Below, one piece after another: positions 46,199 to 56,896 of a stretch of 64,000 bases of DNA. The stretch's first letter is position 1. Each line of letters starts with the position of its first letter. Position numbers and translations under genes: made by a program. Under the pieces are notes generated by a model that saw only the letters and a program-made list of their open reading frames with translations, was not told the origin of the DNA and made no database searches. The stretch spans positions 1 to 64,000 of the forward strand of contig CAJWLU010000019.1 in NCBI GenBank assembly GCA_913043225.1, in the 5' to 3' direction. The stretch comes from an uncultured Acidobacteriota bacterium (GTDB lineage Bacteria; Acidobacteriota; Vicinamibacteria; Vicinamibacterales; UBA8438).

Positions 46199-48321
46199 CC
46201 GAAGCGTCTGAGTCCACCCCACCGCTCGAGCGAGCGCTCCGTTTCCTTAAGGGCGTCGGCCCCAGACGTGCGCGGGAACTAGCCCGTGCCGGGCTCAAGA
46301 CCGTCGACGACCTTCTGCATCGACTTCCGATGCGCTACGAGGATCGCAGTCGACGGCAGAGTTCGGCGGAACTTCAACCCGACGCGGTGGTGGCCGTGAG
46401 CGGAGAAGTCACCAGTTGTTCTCTCCGGCGCACCAGACGTCGTGGGTTCAGTCTGTTCGAGATGCTGGTCCGAGACGAGGCCGGGATGTTTCGGGTCGTC
46501 TTCATGAACCAGCCGTTCCTCGAAGACGTCTTCGTCGCCGGGCAGCGGGTGGCTCTGTTCGGCAAGGTCGAATGGCGCAAGCCGGGCGGACTGCAGCTCG
46601 TCAATCCGCAGTACGAGGTACTCAGCGACGATGCGGAGGACAGCGAGACCCCGGCCGACGACGGTCTGCACACCGGGCGCATCGTCCCAGTCTACGAGCG
46701 CGTCGGATCCATGGGCACGAAGCTGTTACGGCGCCTGGTGTCACAGCTATTATCCGAACTGCCAGAGGAGCTCGAGGATGTCCTCCCAGCAGCGATCAGG
46801 GCTCGCCATCGGCTCCCTCCACGCCGGACGGCCCTATTCGAGGCCCACTTCCCACAGAGCGAGACTCCGTTGGAAGAGCTCAATGGGTTTCGTTCCATTG
46901 CACAAACTCGGCTGATCTTCGAGGAGCTATTTCTCTTTCAGCTGGGACTTGGCCGACGACGCCAACTTCGAGACGCCGACACCAAACCACATGTGATTTC
47001 CATCGACGACCGTATTCGGGACTCGGCTCGAGCCGTGCTGCCGTTCGCGCTGACAAATGGACAAAAGCACGCCCTGCGAGTAATCGTGGACGACCTGCGG
47101 GGGCCTTCGCCGATGAACCGTCTGCTCCAAGGCGACGTCGGCTGCGGCAAGACGATAGTGGCGCTGCTTGCGGCGCTTGTCGCCATGGAGAACGAGCTGC
47201 AGGTAGCATTCATGGCACCCACCGAGTTGCTCGCCGAGCAGCACTTCCTGACAATCCGGCGGCTCCTGATATCGTCCCGCTTCACCGTGGCCTCGCTAAC
47301 GGGCGGCGGGCGCGCCTCAGAGCGGCGCAGCACGATTGCGGCGATCGAATCGGGAGTTGTGGATCTCGTCGTGGGCACGCACGCGCTTGTACAGGAGGCG
47401 ATCCGCTTCAAGCGGCTCGGGCTCTGCGTGATCGATGAGCAGCACCGGTTTGGCGTGCTACAGCGCGCGACCTTGCGGGAGAAAGGACATCAGCCGGACG
47501 TGCTAGTGATGACCGCAACCCCGATTCCACGAACGCTCGCGCTGACAGCATATGGCGATCTCGACGTGTCTACGATTCGAGAGCAACCGCCTGGCCGACG
47601 ACCGGTCAAGACAACGCTGGTGCCTGAGTCTCGGCGTGACGACGTCTACTCATTTGTCCGGCGAAAATTAAAGGAAGGCCGACAGGCCTACGTGGTCTAT
47701 CCGCTGGTGGAGGAATCTGAGAGGAGCGACCTAAAAGCGGCGACCGGGATGGCGGCGACGCTCGCCTCCTTAATGCCCAGCCATCAGGTGGGGCTGGTTC
47801 ACGGACGGATGCCGGCGGACGAACGTGAGCAGGTCATGCGAGCGTTTGCTGCCGGCTCAGTCCATCTGCTGGTGGCGACGACCGTCATCGAGGTGGGCGT
47901 CGACGTGCCGAACGCCAGCGTCATGGTCATCGAGCACGCGGAGCGGTTTGGGCTCGCGCAACTGCATCAATTGCGGGGACGGGTTGGTCGCGGCACGCAC
48001 CAGTCCTATTGCCGCTTAATCTACCAGCGTCCGCTTGGCGAAACGGCCAGGGCTCGCCTTAATGCAGTCGCCGGTACCGCCGACGGGTTCGAGATTGCGG
48101 AAACCGACCTTCAGCTTAGGGGACCAGGGGAAATGCTTGGCACCCGGCAGTCTGGTGTCCCCACCCTGCGGGTCGCGAACCTGCTCCGCGATCATGCCCT
48201 GATGGATACTGCTCGAGACGAGGCGATGCGCGTCCTCAAGGACGGAGCAATGACCGAACAGCTACTGAGACGCTTGGACCGTGGGTGGGCCACCCGATTC
48301 GGCTTTGCCGAGATCGGATGA
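46195..48321 (+). CDS. recG: ATP-dependent DNA helicase RecG
   Basis: RLLQGDVGCGKT, DEQHRFG, MTATPIPRTL, QLHQLRGRVGRG. Confidence 0.97.
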   Translation: MTEASESTPPLERALRFLKGVGPRRARELARAGLKTVDDLLHRLPMRYEDRSRRQSSAELQPDAVVAVSGEVTSCSLRRTRRRGFSLFEMLVRDEAGMFRVVFMNQPFLEDVFVAGQRVALFGKVEWRKPGGLQLVNPQYEVLSDDAEDSETPADDGLHTGRIVPVYERVGSMGTKLLRRLVSQLLSELPEELEDVLPAAIRARHRLPPRRTALFEAHFPQSETPLEELNGFRSIAQTRLIFEELFLFQLGLGRRRQLRDADTKPHVISIDDRIRDSARAVLPFALTNGQKHALRVIVDDLRGPSPMNRLLQGDVGCGKTIVALLAALVAMENELQVAFMAPTELLAEQHFLTIRRLLISSRFTVASLTGGGRASERRSTIAAIESGVVDLVVGTHALVQEAIRFKRLGLCVIDEQHRFGVLQRATLREKGHQPDVLVMTATPIPRTLALTAYGDLDVSTIREQPPGRRPVKTTLVPESRRDDVYSFVRRKLKEGRQAYVVYPLVEESERSDLKAATGMAATLASLMPSHQVGLVHGRMPADEREQVMRAFAAGSVHLLVATTVIEVGVDVPNASVMVIEHAERFGLAQLHQLRGRVGRGTHQSYCRLIYQRPLGETARARLNAVAGTADGFEIAETDLQLRGPGEMLGTRQSGVPTLRVANLLRDHALMDTARDEAMRVLKDGAMTEQLLRRLDRGWATRFGFAEIG

Positions 48322-48334
48322 GGGACGACTCTGC

Positions 48335-48889
48335 ATGCGAGTGATCGCCGGCCAGTTCAAGCGGCGCACCCTGCTGTCGCCCTCGTGGAAGGGAATCCGG
48401 CCGACGTCGGACCGACTGCGCGAGAGTCTCTTCGCGGTCGTCGGTGAGCGAGTGACAAGGGCGCGTGTACTCGACGGGTGCGCGGGCAGCGGCGCACTGG
48501 GAATTGAGGCGCTCAGCCGAGGCGCCGCCGAGGTTGTGTTCGTCGAGCGTGATCCCCGCGCGATCACGCTCATCCGCCGGAACCTGGCGCTGTGTGACGC
48601 TGAGCTCCCGGCCGTAGTGATACGAGGACGGCTGCCGCAGGTCCTGGACCGGAGACGACCGGCGCCATTCGACCTCGTGTTGCTCGACCCGCCCTACGGG
48701 GCGTCCGACATCGATGAGATACTGGCCGGAGCCACGTCGCACCTAGCCCCGAGCGGAGCCATCATCCTGGAGCGCTCTCGACGGACGCCGGTGACGGTCC
48801 CGCAGACGCTAGTCTCGACGCGGCAAGTTCGCACCGGCAGCAGCGTGCTCGAGTGGTTCGAGCGCGTAGCCGTCGAGGACGAGAACTGA
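48335..48889 (+). CDS. rsmD: 16S rRNA m2G966 methyltransferase
   Basis: MRVIAG, RPTSDRLRESLF, AGSGALGIEALSRG, DPPY. Confidence 0.95.
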   Translation: MRVIAGQFKRRTLLSPSWKGIRPTSDRLRESLFAVVGERVTRARVLDGCAGSGALGIEALSRGAAEVVFVERDPRAITLIRRNLALCDAELPAVVIRGRLPQVLDRRRPAPFDLVLLDPPYGASDIDEILAGATSHLAPSGAIILERSRRTPVTVPQTLVSTRQVRTGSSVLEWFERVAVEDEN

Positions 48890-48894
48890 GGACC

Positions 48895-49404
48895 ATGACC
48901 AAGAATAGAAACGAACGGATCGCGGTCTATCCTGGGACTTTTGATCCGCTGACCAACGGGCACGTCGACATCATCCGGCGGGGCGTCGGGCTCTTCGACC
49001 GGATCGTCGTCGCGATCCTGGTGAACCCTGACAAGTCGCCCCTGTTCACGACAGAAGAGCGTGGGGACATGGCCCGTGAAGTGTTTGCCGACGAACCACG
49101 CGTCGAGGTGGATCTATTCGAAGGACTCTTGGTTGACTATGTCCGACGGCGCGGCGCGCACGCGATCGTCAGGGGATTGCGGGCCGTCTCCGACTTTGAG
49201 TTCGAGATGCAGATGGCGTTGATGAATCGGCGGCTCAGCGCGGAAATCGAAACCGTCCTGCTGATGCCGGCCGAGTCGTACACCTATCTCAGTTCACGCC
49301 TGGCCAAGGAAGTGTTCTCGCTGGGTGGATCGATCCAGGGCCTGGTCCCCCCCGTTGTCGAGCGGCGGCTGACCGAGCGGCTCGGTACCCGTAGCGATGG
49401 CTAA
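48895..49404 (+). CDS. coaD: Phosphopantetheine adenylyltransferase
   Basis: YPGTFDPLTNGH, RGLRAVSDFE.E. Confidence 0.97.
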   Translation: MTKNRNERIAVYPGTFDPLTNGHVDIIRRGVGLFDRIVVAILVNPDKSPLFTTEERGDMAREVFADEPRVEVDLFEGLLVDYVRRRGAHAIVRGLRAVSDFEFEMQMALMNRRLSAEIETVLLMPAESYTYLSSRLAKEVFSLGGSIQGLVPPVVERRLTERLGTRSDG

Positions 49405-50578
49405 CCCCCAGCTGGCCGACCGGCTCCAGATTGTGTCGCCGTCCCGGACCCAGCAGGTCACGGCCACCGTCGACCGCCTACGCCGAGAAGGGGCCGACAT
49501 CATCGATCTGGGCGCAGGTGAGCCGGACGCTCCCACCCCCGAACACATCAAGGCCGCCGCGGTCGCGGCGCTCGACCAAGACTTCACGCGCTACACGGTA
49601 GGCGCCGGGATCGTCGGACTAAGGGACGCCATCGGCACGCATTATGAGTCCCGGTACGGCGTGCGGTATTCGCGCGACCAGATCGTGGTGACCTCGGGAG
49701 GCAAACAGGGCTTGTTCAACGTTTCGATGGCATTGTTCGGTCCTGGCGACGAAGTGGTCACCCATGTGCCAGGCTGGCCTTCGATCTCCGAGCAAGTCAA
49801 GCTCGCTGGCGCCACTCCCGTTTTCGCGCGAACCCATGCCGAGGAGGGGTTTGAATTGCGCGCCGAGCCCCTGCTTGACGCGGTTACCCCACGCACTCGA
49901 GGCATCATCATCAACAGCCCTGGCAACCCAACGGGCGCGCTAGTCTCTGAGGATGAGCTCCGCCTACTCGCCGACGGGATTCGCGGCCGCGACATTTGGT
50001 TGGTCGTGGATCTCTGCTATGAGCAGCTGATTTACGACCCTAGCCCCCACAATCTCCCAGGCGTGCTGGCCGAATGTCTCGCTCAGCAGGCCGTGCTCGT
50101 CGGGTCCGCGTCAAAGAGCTATGCGATGACTGGCTGGCGCTGCGGGTGGATCGTGGCTGAGCCCGGGGTGGCAGCGGCCTGCAACGCCGTCCAGAGCCAT
50201 TCGACTTCTCACGCGGCGTCGATCACGCAGCGCGCGGCCGAGGCTGCGTTGCGCGGCCCTCAGGATTGGCTGGACACGATGCGCGCCGAGTATCGCGGCC
50301 GACGAGACGCCCTGGCCGGGTGGATGGCGGACGATGGTCGGTTCCGGGTTGTGCGGCCGGCCGGCGCGTTCTATCTATTCCCGGATGTCACCGACGTCCT
50401 GGACGAGGAGGTCCGCCGCACGTCGTCGGACCTAGCCCTGGCCCTCCTAACCGAAGCCCACGTGGCGGTCACGCCAGGGGAGGCCTTCGACGCGCCCGGG
50501 TATCTCCGACTGTCCTACACCGTCCCGATGGTGCAGCTCGAGGATGCCTGGCGGCGCATTCTCACCTATCTTGGATAG
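49397..50578 (+). CDS. PLP-dependent aminotransferase class I/II (aspartate aminotransferase-like)
   Basis: GEPD, NSPGNPTG, SKSYAMTGWRCG, GAFY. Confidence 0.93.
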   Translation: MANPQLADRLQIVSPSRTQQVTATVDRLRREGADIIDLGAGEPDAPTPEHIKAAAVAALDQDFTRYTVGAGIVGLRDAIGTHYESRYGVRYSRDQIVVTSGGKQGLFNVSMALFGPGDEVVTHVPGWPSISEQVKLAGATPVFARTHAEEGFELRAEPLLDAVTPRTRGIIINSPGNPTGALVSEDELRLLADGIRGRDIWLVVDLCYEQLIYDPSPHNLPGVLAECLAQQAVLVGSASKSYAMTGWRCGWIVAEPGVAAACNAVQSHSTSHAASITQRAAEAALRGPQDWLDTMRAEYRGRRDALAGWMADDGRFRVVRPAGAFYLFPDVTDVLDEEVRRTSSDLALALLTEAHVAVTPGEAFDAPGYLRLSYTVPMVQLEDAWRRILTYLG

Positions 50579-50839
50579 TCGCCTCTTCTCTCGATGCCTC
50601 TACGCAAAGCAATACTTGAATAACGGATCGCCGGTGGCTTAACACCAGGCTAGCAAGGAACCTCGCGGACCGACCTTGCCCTCGGCGACCTATAATCCTT
50701 GGCACGAGAGGCGGCGGGCTGCTGCCTTCATATGCCTCCAAGCGCCATCGATACTCACCCCTCGAATATCGGGCAGGAGTCGAATCGATTGACTAGCTCT
50801 AATTCCCTTCTAAGGCCCTAACGCGATCGCTAGTTAGCG

Positions 50840-52096
50840 CTATACCCCTCGGCGCTGGCCGGAGCCCGACGCTCGACTGCGCTCCCGAATCCAAGGTTTC
50901 CCTCTTCCGTTGGACCGATGCGGTCTCCCTGACCGGTGTGGCCGAGCTGCGATCTGAGCACGCGAGCTCGCCGGAACCTCGAACCCCAAAAGCGGTTCGC
51001 ATCGGATAGGGGATCCGACTAGCCGTTCGATCGCCGAGAGTTGGGCTCGCTCTTCGGGAGCGGCCAGCGAGATAGCGTCGCCACTTCGCCCGGCCCGCGC
51101 AGTCCTCCCGATACGGTGCACATAGTCTTCAGGGACATGCGGTAGATCGAAATTAACTACATGCGTGACACCTTCGACGTCGAGCCCGCGAGCGGCGAGG
51201 TCGGTAGCAATGAGCGTGTCGATCCGCCCCGATCGAAATCCAGCCAAGGCTCGAGTACGTGCTGCCTGGCTTTTGTTGCCATGAATGGCAGCCACCTTTC
51301 GGCCCGAGCGCTCAAGATGTCGTGCAAGCTGGTTTGCTCTGGCCTTCGTTCGAGTAAAGACAAGCGTCGGTCCGATATCGGCCTGCCCAAGTAGATGATG
51401 TAGTAATTCCTTCTTACGTGCCGCTTCTACCGGATGTACTACCTGGCGCACCGCTGCGGCTGGCGTGGCCCGCTTCGCCACCTCAACCATCGCGGGATCG
51501 ACAGTGGATCGCCGGATCAACGCTTCTATTTCGTCAGGCATGGTCGCCGAAAAGAAGAGACTCTGGCGGGTCGTTGGAAGCGCCGCGACGAGCTGTCGGA
51601 TTGCGGGCAAGAATCCCATATCGTGCATCCGATCCGCCTCGTCAAAGACCACTATCTCGACTGCCCCGAGACGCAGGTGCCCGCGTCCCAGATGATCGAG
51701 AAGCCGTCCTGGAGTGGCTATCAGTAGATCGAGCCCACGCGTAATGCTACGGATCTGCGGCCCCATTCCCACACCACCAACCACGACTGCGCTTCGCAGG
51801 TCTAGATGGGCGCTGTAACGGTTCGCCATGTCACCGACTTGGGCCGCCAGTTCCCGCGTTGGAGTGACCACAAGGGCTCGCGGCCGGCGCAACCTCTGGC
51901 CACCTGCAAGTCGCTGCAGCGTTGGGAGCAGAAACGCCGCCGTCTTGCCGGTGCCGGTCTGGGCGCACGCGATGAGATCACGGCCCTCAAGAACGATGGG
52001 AATGGCCTGTGCCTGGACGGGCGTAGGTGTCATGTAGCCGGCAACGGTAACCGCGCGGACAATAGTCGGGTGTACACCGAGCGTTGGAAACGTCAT
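50840..52096 (-). CDS. rhlE: DEAD-box RNA helicase (RhlE-like)
   Basis: AQTGTGKT, PTRELA, DEAD, SAT, ARGLD, HRIGRTAR; basic C-terminal tail. Confidence 0.9.
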   Translation of the reverse strand: MTFPTLGVHPTIVRAVTVAGYMTPTPVQAQAIPIVLEGRDLIACAQTGTGKTAAFLLPTLQRLAGGQRLRRPRALVVTPTRELAAQVGDMANRYSAHLDLRSAVVVGGVGMGPQIRSITRGLDLLIATPGRLLDHLGRGHLRLGAVEIVVFDEADRMHDMGFLPAIRQLVAALPTTRQSLFFSATMPDEIEALIRRSTVDPAMVEVAKRATPAAAVRQVVHPVEAARKKELLHHLLGQADIGPTLVFTRTKARANQLARHLERSGRKVAAIHGNKSQAARTRALAGFRSGRIDTLIATDLAARGLDVEGVTHVVNFDLPHVPEDYVHRIGRTARAGRSGDAISLAAPEERAQLSAIERLVGSPIRCEPLLGFEVPASSRAQIAARPHRSGRPHRSNGRGKPWIRERSRASGSGQRRGV

Positions 52097-52479
52097 TGCT
52101 GAATCAGATCTCCCACCCCGTGCAACACAGCACGCGGTGCATTCTTACGGTCGAGACGTGCCTAGTGGGCGCTCACTGAGGACGGAAAGAGAGAGGGGCT
52201 ATTTACTGAGGAAGATGCAAGCCAACGTGAGCAAAGTGCTCAGGCGTGAGAACAGCTAACCAGAGTTTACTGGTCCTAGGATAGCACGTGATTGGAGTCA
52301 ATAGGGACTTAACTACGAACGCTGACGATTGGTTCGGCGTGTAGAGTTCCCAGAATCCAGGCGTGATCTTCAGGCTGGAGCCCTTCGCGCCAAACGCGTC
52401 CCTCTCTAGCTCCGCCTCATCGTCTCGGCTGCACCGACCGTGGTATCTCTGAGCACTCCGGGTTGCTCTCTCTCCCGAT

Positions 52480-52660
52480 GCTGGGACAAGCAGGTCGCCA
52501 AATCAGCCAACTTAAGGCTTAAGTGGGGCACCTCTCCAGTATTGAGCCCGCGGCTCGCCCGCACTAGAATCAGAGCCACATCACATCGTCGCAAGTGGAG
52601 GGCGGGCCGTCCGCGCACTCCGTCCCGAACCGTCGCCAGGAGGGACTCAGATCCGCAAGG
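52480..52660 (-). pseudogene. Decayed tyrosine recombinase/integrase fragment
   Basis: RRCDVALILVRASRGLNTGEVPHLSLKLADL resembles integrase box I (RD.A.l.ll..GlR.gE...L...D); boundaries approximate. Confidence 0.5.
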
Positions 52661-52745
52661 CAAACCCGGGTGGATTTGCGTTGATGGCGAATGGGGCACA
52701 ACAGAATCGCTTTAGTGGGTTCCTCGGCATAACAAAAGAGTACCG

Positions 52746-53825
52746 ATGACTACTGCAACTACTTCGCCCACATTGCCCGGCCGACTCGGCAATCCAGATT
52801 TACGCCTAAACACCGACCCACGCGCAGACCCGAGGATGGTGGCCGAGCTGGCCATCGCCGGACTTGACGGCGCCAGCACGCCACTCCCGGTCACCGTCAA
52901 CTCCACGCTCGAGGAGAGGCTTGCCTTCACAGCGGCAGCCGAGTCCACGTATGAGCAGGTGTTTGTTCGGCTATGTGCTGGCCTCCCGCCAGTCGAGGGG
53001 GTTTCCTCGCGCACCGAGACGACCACCGGTCCCGAAGGCGGCAATGTATCGCTCTACATCCATACTCCGACCGCGATGCCTGCCCCTTTACCTTGCATCT
53101 TCCACATCCACGGTGGGGGCATGGCGATCCTCAAGGCGAGCGATCCGATGTACGTTCGCTGGCGCGACGAGCTGGCAGCCGCCGGGCTGGTAGTGGTCGG
53201 CGTCGAGTTCCGCAACGCCGCCGGGGCACTTGGTAACCATCCGTTCCCCGCCGGACTGGACGACTGCGCCACCGGGCTGGCATGGGTCTCGGAGCATGCC
53301 AGGGATTTGGGTATCTCGAAGTTAGTGGTCTCAGGTGAGTCCGGTGGCGGGAACCTATCACTCGCCACCGCCATCCGGGCGGTACGGGAAGGCACGATCG
53401 ACCGTGTTGCAGGCGTTTACGCGCTCTGTCCATATATCTCGTCGGCATGGGCGGTGAAGCGGCCCGATCTACCGTCACTCTATGAGAACGATGACTACTT
53501 CATCGCCTGCGACCTTATGGGAGTACTGGCGAGTATCTACGATCCGAGCGGTACCCACGCCACCGATCCATTGTGCTGGCCGCTGCACGCTTCGCGGGAC
53601 GATCTCCAGGGGTTGCCTCCACATGTCATCTCAGTGAACGAGCTCGACCCGCTCCGAGACGAGGGGCTAGCCTATTACCGGATGCTAGCCACCGCCGGTG
53701 TCGACGTGGTCAGCCGTTCGGTGAATGGCACCTGCCACGCTGGTGACGTCCTGCTCCGACGGGCGCTGCCGGAGGTCTACGCCGCAACCATCCACGACAT
53801 CAAGGGCTTCGCCGACCGGCTGTAG
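52746..53825 (+). CDS. Alpha/beta hydrolase (HSL-family esterase/lipase)
   Basis: HGGG oxyanion motif, GESGG nucleophile, DPLRDEG, catalytic His (GTCH). Confidence 0.93.
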   Translation: MTTATTSPTLPGRLGNPDLRLNTDPRADPRMVAELAIAGLDGASTPLPVTVNSTLEERLAFTAAAESTYEQVFVRLCAGLPPVEGVSSRTETTTGPEGGNVSLYIHTPTAMPAPLPCIFHIHGGGMAILKASDPMYVRWRDELAAAGLVVVGVEFRNAAGALGNHPFPAGLDDCATGLAWVSEHARDLGISKLVVSGESGGGNLSLATAIRAVREGTIDRVAGVYALCPYISSAWAVKRPDLPSLYENDDYFIACDLMGVLASIYDPSGTHATDPLCWPLHASRDDLQGLPPHVISVNELDPLRDEGLAYYRMLATAGVDVVSRSVNGTCHAGDVLLRRALPEVYAATIHDIKGFADRL

Positions 53826-53903
53826 AAGCTCTAACTGGAGAAGAGGAGCAGTTTCGGTCATCTTTCGGTCAACGAATAACGTGTCTCGAAAAGGGGGGTA
53901 AAG

Positions 53904-54200
53904 ATGAGCGTCATAGTCAATTTGCAGTTAAAAGCAAAGGAAGGACAGGCTCCTGCAGTCCTTGAGATGTTTAGGAATCTATTGCCCGGCACGAGAGCAT
54001 ACGAAGGGTGTCACTGGGTCAAAGCGGTAAGGAACCTCGATGATGAGAACGTCATAGAGGCGGTGTCCCAGTGGAATTCAAAGAACCACTATGACGCTTA
54101 CCTAGAGTGGAGAGTGGACACGGGGGCCCTGGCAGCGTTGGCGGAATTGCTGGATGCGGAACCAGTGTTTCGGTTCTTGCCTGTTGAACTCGAGTACTAG
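53904..54200 (+). CDS. ABM-domain (antibiotic biosynthesis monooxygenase-like) protein
   Basis: TRAYEGC...W.SK.HY.AYL.WR; strong RBS. Confidence 0.85.
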   Translation: MSVIVNLQLKAKEGQAPAVLEMFRNLLPGTRAYEGCHWVKAVRNLDDENVIEAVSQWNSKNHYDAYLEWRVDTGALAALAELLDAEPVFRFLPVELEY

Positions 54201-54630
54201 GGGCTCAGCTAAACTGCGCACAAACGATTCTCAGACGCAGAGAGCGCGCTGATGCCACCGGCCTTTCTTACTGCGCTCTGAAGCTAGTTTAAGGACGTTA
54301 CCAGGGGCGCGATCAAGATCGATGCGGTTGCCCCGGAGCCTCGATCCACTAACCGTCGCGAGATTGCGCCGGCCCACCTTCCGGGCGACCGCCTGTGTCG
54401 AGTGACGTTGCGTTGAAGCTGTCCTGCCACAAGCACGAGTAGCGGGCAATCGTGCTGGGCTGGCAAAGCTCGAAGATTGTTCAGGTCTCAGTAAGGGGTT
54501 GACGGAAACTTGCTAGTTCCCTCAGTCATAGAGGCGGACCTCTCGAGCCTGCGCCTTCTTCCGGTACATCTCAGAGGCCACATGTACAAGGTTCCCAGTG
54601 GCCTAGTTCGACTGAAGCGATTATGCGCGT

Positions 54631-56316
54631 TTAGTTCTCTAGGATTGAAGGCCGGTTGCTCACCAGCAGCACCGTCTGCAGATCCGTCTCCGGGTCGGGC
54701 CAGATCAGAGTATCGAGGGTAAGGCTACCTGTATTGAGATACGACACCCTTCCGATTTCGAATGCCGGAACTCCGGCCCTCACCAGATCGGATTCCTCCA
54801 CGACACAGAGCACATGCTCGGACGCCGAGAGAAACGTTGCCACCTGCTCGATGGAGGACACGTCGACGTGCGGTCGTTCCATGTAGAAGACCAAATTCCG
54901 GACGAACATCCGATACCGCCCGTACGGCAAGCCCCCCCCTTCAACCGACTGAATCAGGGTGGCCATCTCCTCGACCGGTTCGGGGCCTGGTCTCGACAGG
55001 ACTATGTAGTGGATCGACAGCGTCGCCACCACCGAGGCAGCCGCAAGACTGAGCGGCAGACACCGTTGCCGCGCCACCGCAGCCAGCGCGACTCCGCCTC
55101 CGGCCAGGATTAGGGTTGCCGTGCCCGCGATGACCATGCTCGGGTCGACACCCACCAGCAGAGGGCGGGCACGATAAACGAGTAGTCCAAGGCCGGCAAT
55201 TATCAGCCCAGACCCGACACCGGCCGCCGCCAGCGTCCTATCCGCCCCTGCGTCGGCCCTTTTCGGCAGGCTGCGGGCTATGGCGCGCGCCAGCAAAATC
55301 GCAAGCGGTGGCAGGATGGGCAAGACATAACGGGGCTGTTTCCCAATTGAGAGTGAGTAAAACAGCAGTGGAGTTGCAGCCCATAGCAAAAGCCAGCCCT
55401 CTACCGCCGCCACCCGACGCGCCCGGGCGAGGATTCGGAGTGCGGGCCGCGCCCAGAGCGCCATGAGTGGCGACCAAGGCAGGAGCCCCCCCACGACGAT
55501 TGGAACGTAGTACCAGAGCGGCCGCGGGTTGTTGTAGCGTGCGGTCGCAAACCGCTCCAGGTTCTCCGCCATGAAGAATCTGTCGAGGTAGGCGACCCCG
55601 TGCGTGTCGCTCATCGCAGCGAACCATGGCACCGAAAGGAGAAGCCATACGGCGGCCAACCAGCCCACTTCCTTTATGAGCTGCCACCACGCCGCCCATG
55701 TCCCGGCCGACCGAGCTCGCCAGAGCGCCAACGGTCCAACCACAAGCGCGGGCAGCACCAGCGCGACCGGTCCCTTGGTCAAGAACCCTGCGGCCAGCGC
55801 CGCTCCAGCCAGGCTCAACCAGCCCCAGCGCTGCCGTGTTACGACCGGTCCACTAGGACAAACCAGCACGACGAGAGCCGCGTAGGTCGCAAGCGTGATG
55901 AAACAGGCCAGCGCCAGGTCCGGAAGCGCCTGCCGGCCCGCCGCAATGTAGCCAAAGCTGGTACCCGTGATGGCCCCGGCCAGACCCGCCGTCGGCAGGT
56001 CATACCAACGCCTGGCCGCCACGAACGTCGTCAACACCAGGACGAGCCCGGCCAGCGCTGAGGGGAGCCGTGCCGCCAGCTCAGCATCGAGACTCAGCGA
56101 CGCGGCACCAGCCGCCAGCCAGTAGTACAAGATGGGCTTCTCGAACCGGACTTCACCGTTGTAGTGCGGCGTGATCCAGTCATCTCGCTCCTGCATCTCC
56201 CTCGCCGCTTCGGCGTAAAACGCCTCATCGGAGTCGGTTATGGCAGGGCGTCCCAGTCCGACGATGAAGGTTAGACCGCACAAAACGACGAGAAGCGGCA
56301 CACGAGAAAACGGCAC
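54631..56316 (-). CDS. ArnT/PMT-family polytopic glycosyltransferase
   Basis: DEAFYAEAAREM, W.TP..NG..RFEKP.L.YW, ARLPS, LTKGP, KQPRYVLP; GTG start inferred. Confidence 0.9.
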   Translation of the reverse strand: MPFSRVPLLVVLCGLTFIVGLGRPAITDSDEAFYAEAAREMQERDDWITPHYNGEVRFEKPILYYWLAAGAASLSLDAELAARLPSALAGLVLVLTTFVAARRWYDLPTAGLAGAITGTSFGYIAAGRQALPDLALACFITLATYAALVVLVCPSGPVVTRQRWGWLSLAGAALAAGFLTKGPVALVLPALVVGPLALWRARSAGTWAAWWQLIKEVGWLAAVWLLLSVPWFAAMSDTHGVAYLDRFFMAENLERFATARYNNPRPLWYYVPIVVGGLLPWSPLMALWARPALRILARARRVAAVEGWLLLWAATPLLFYSLSIGKQPRYVLPILPPLAILLARAIARSLPKRADAGADRTLAAAGVGSGLIIAGLGLLVYRARPLLVGVDPSMVIAGTATLILAGGGVALAAVARQRCLPLSLAAASVVATLSIHYIVLSRPGPEPVEEMATLIQSVEGGGLPYGRYRMFVRNLVFYMERPHVDVSSIEQVATFLSASEHVLCVVEESDLVRAGVPAFEIGRVSYLNTGSLTLDTLIWPDPETDLQTVLLVSNRPSILEN

Positions 56317-56360
56317 GAGGCGATTGTAGCCGCCGTCCGACACGCGGGTATACTGCCGCG

Positions 56361-56741
56361 ATGGCACAGGTTGTCGCCGTTGTGGGCGCCTCAGGGAACC
56401 GCCGCAAGTTCGGGAACAAGGCAGTGCGCGCGTTCCTGAACCGCGGCTACGAGGTTATTCCGATTAATCCCCGGGGCGTCGCGATCGAAGGACTGGAGAC
56501 CTTCACCTCCATCCTCGACGTCCCCGGCACGATCGATCTAGCGACCGTCTACGTCCAGCCCTGGATCGGGCCCGCCATCATGGACGAGCTCGCCCATAAG
56601 GGCATAACGAAAGTCTGGCTCAATCCCGGCGCCGACGCACCTGCGGTCGTGAGCCGGGCCCAGAGCCTCGGCCTACGCCCGATCCTTAACTGCAGCATCG
56701 TCGGAATCGGGGAAAGTCCCTCCTCCTACCCGGACCAGTGA
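56361..56741 (+). CDS. CoA-binding domain protein
   Basis: VAVVGAS....KFG, PINP, VWLNPGA. Confidence 0.9.
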   Translation: MAQVVAVVGASGNRRKFGNKAVRAFLNRGYEVIPINPRGVAIEGLETFTSILDVPGTIDLATVYVQPWIGPAIMDELAHKGITKVWLNPGADAPAVVSRAQSLGLRPILNCSIVGIGESPSSYPDQ

Positions 56742-56771
56742 CAAGTTGCCGCCTGGCCGGTGTGTGCCGGG

Positions 56772-56800
56772 TTGACAGGGTGCTGGACCGAGCCTATACT
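56772..56800 (+). promoter_or_regulatory. Sigma70 promoter of rho
   Basis: TTGACA-17 nt-TATACT. Confidence 0.85.
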
Positions 56801-56896
56801 CACCTTCGATATTCATCCTCCTTCGTCAAGGGTCGTCACTCGGCACACCCGCCGACCTAGTCCGACCCGAAAAACCTTCAACCCAATTAATCTGCT

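Noticed and set aside
54480..54550. Possible IS end (TAAGGGGTTGACGGAA)
   Set aside because: No partner inverted repeat or transposase found.
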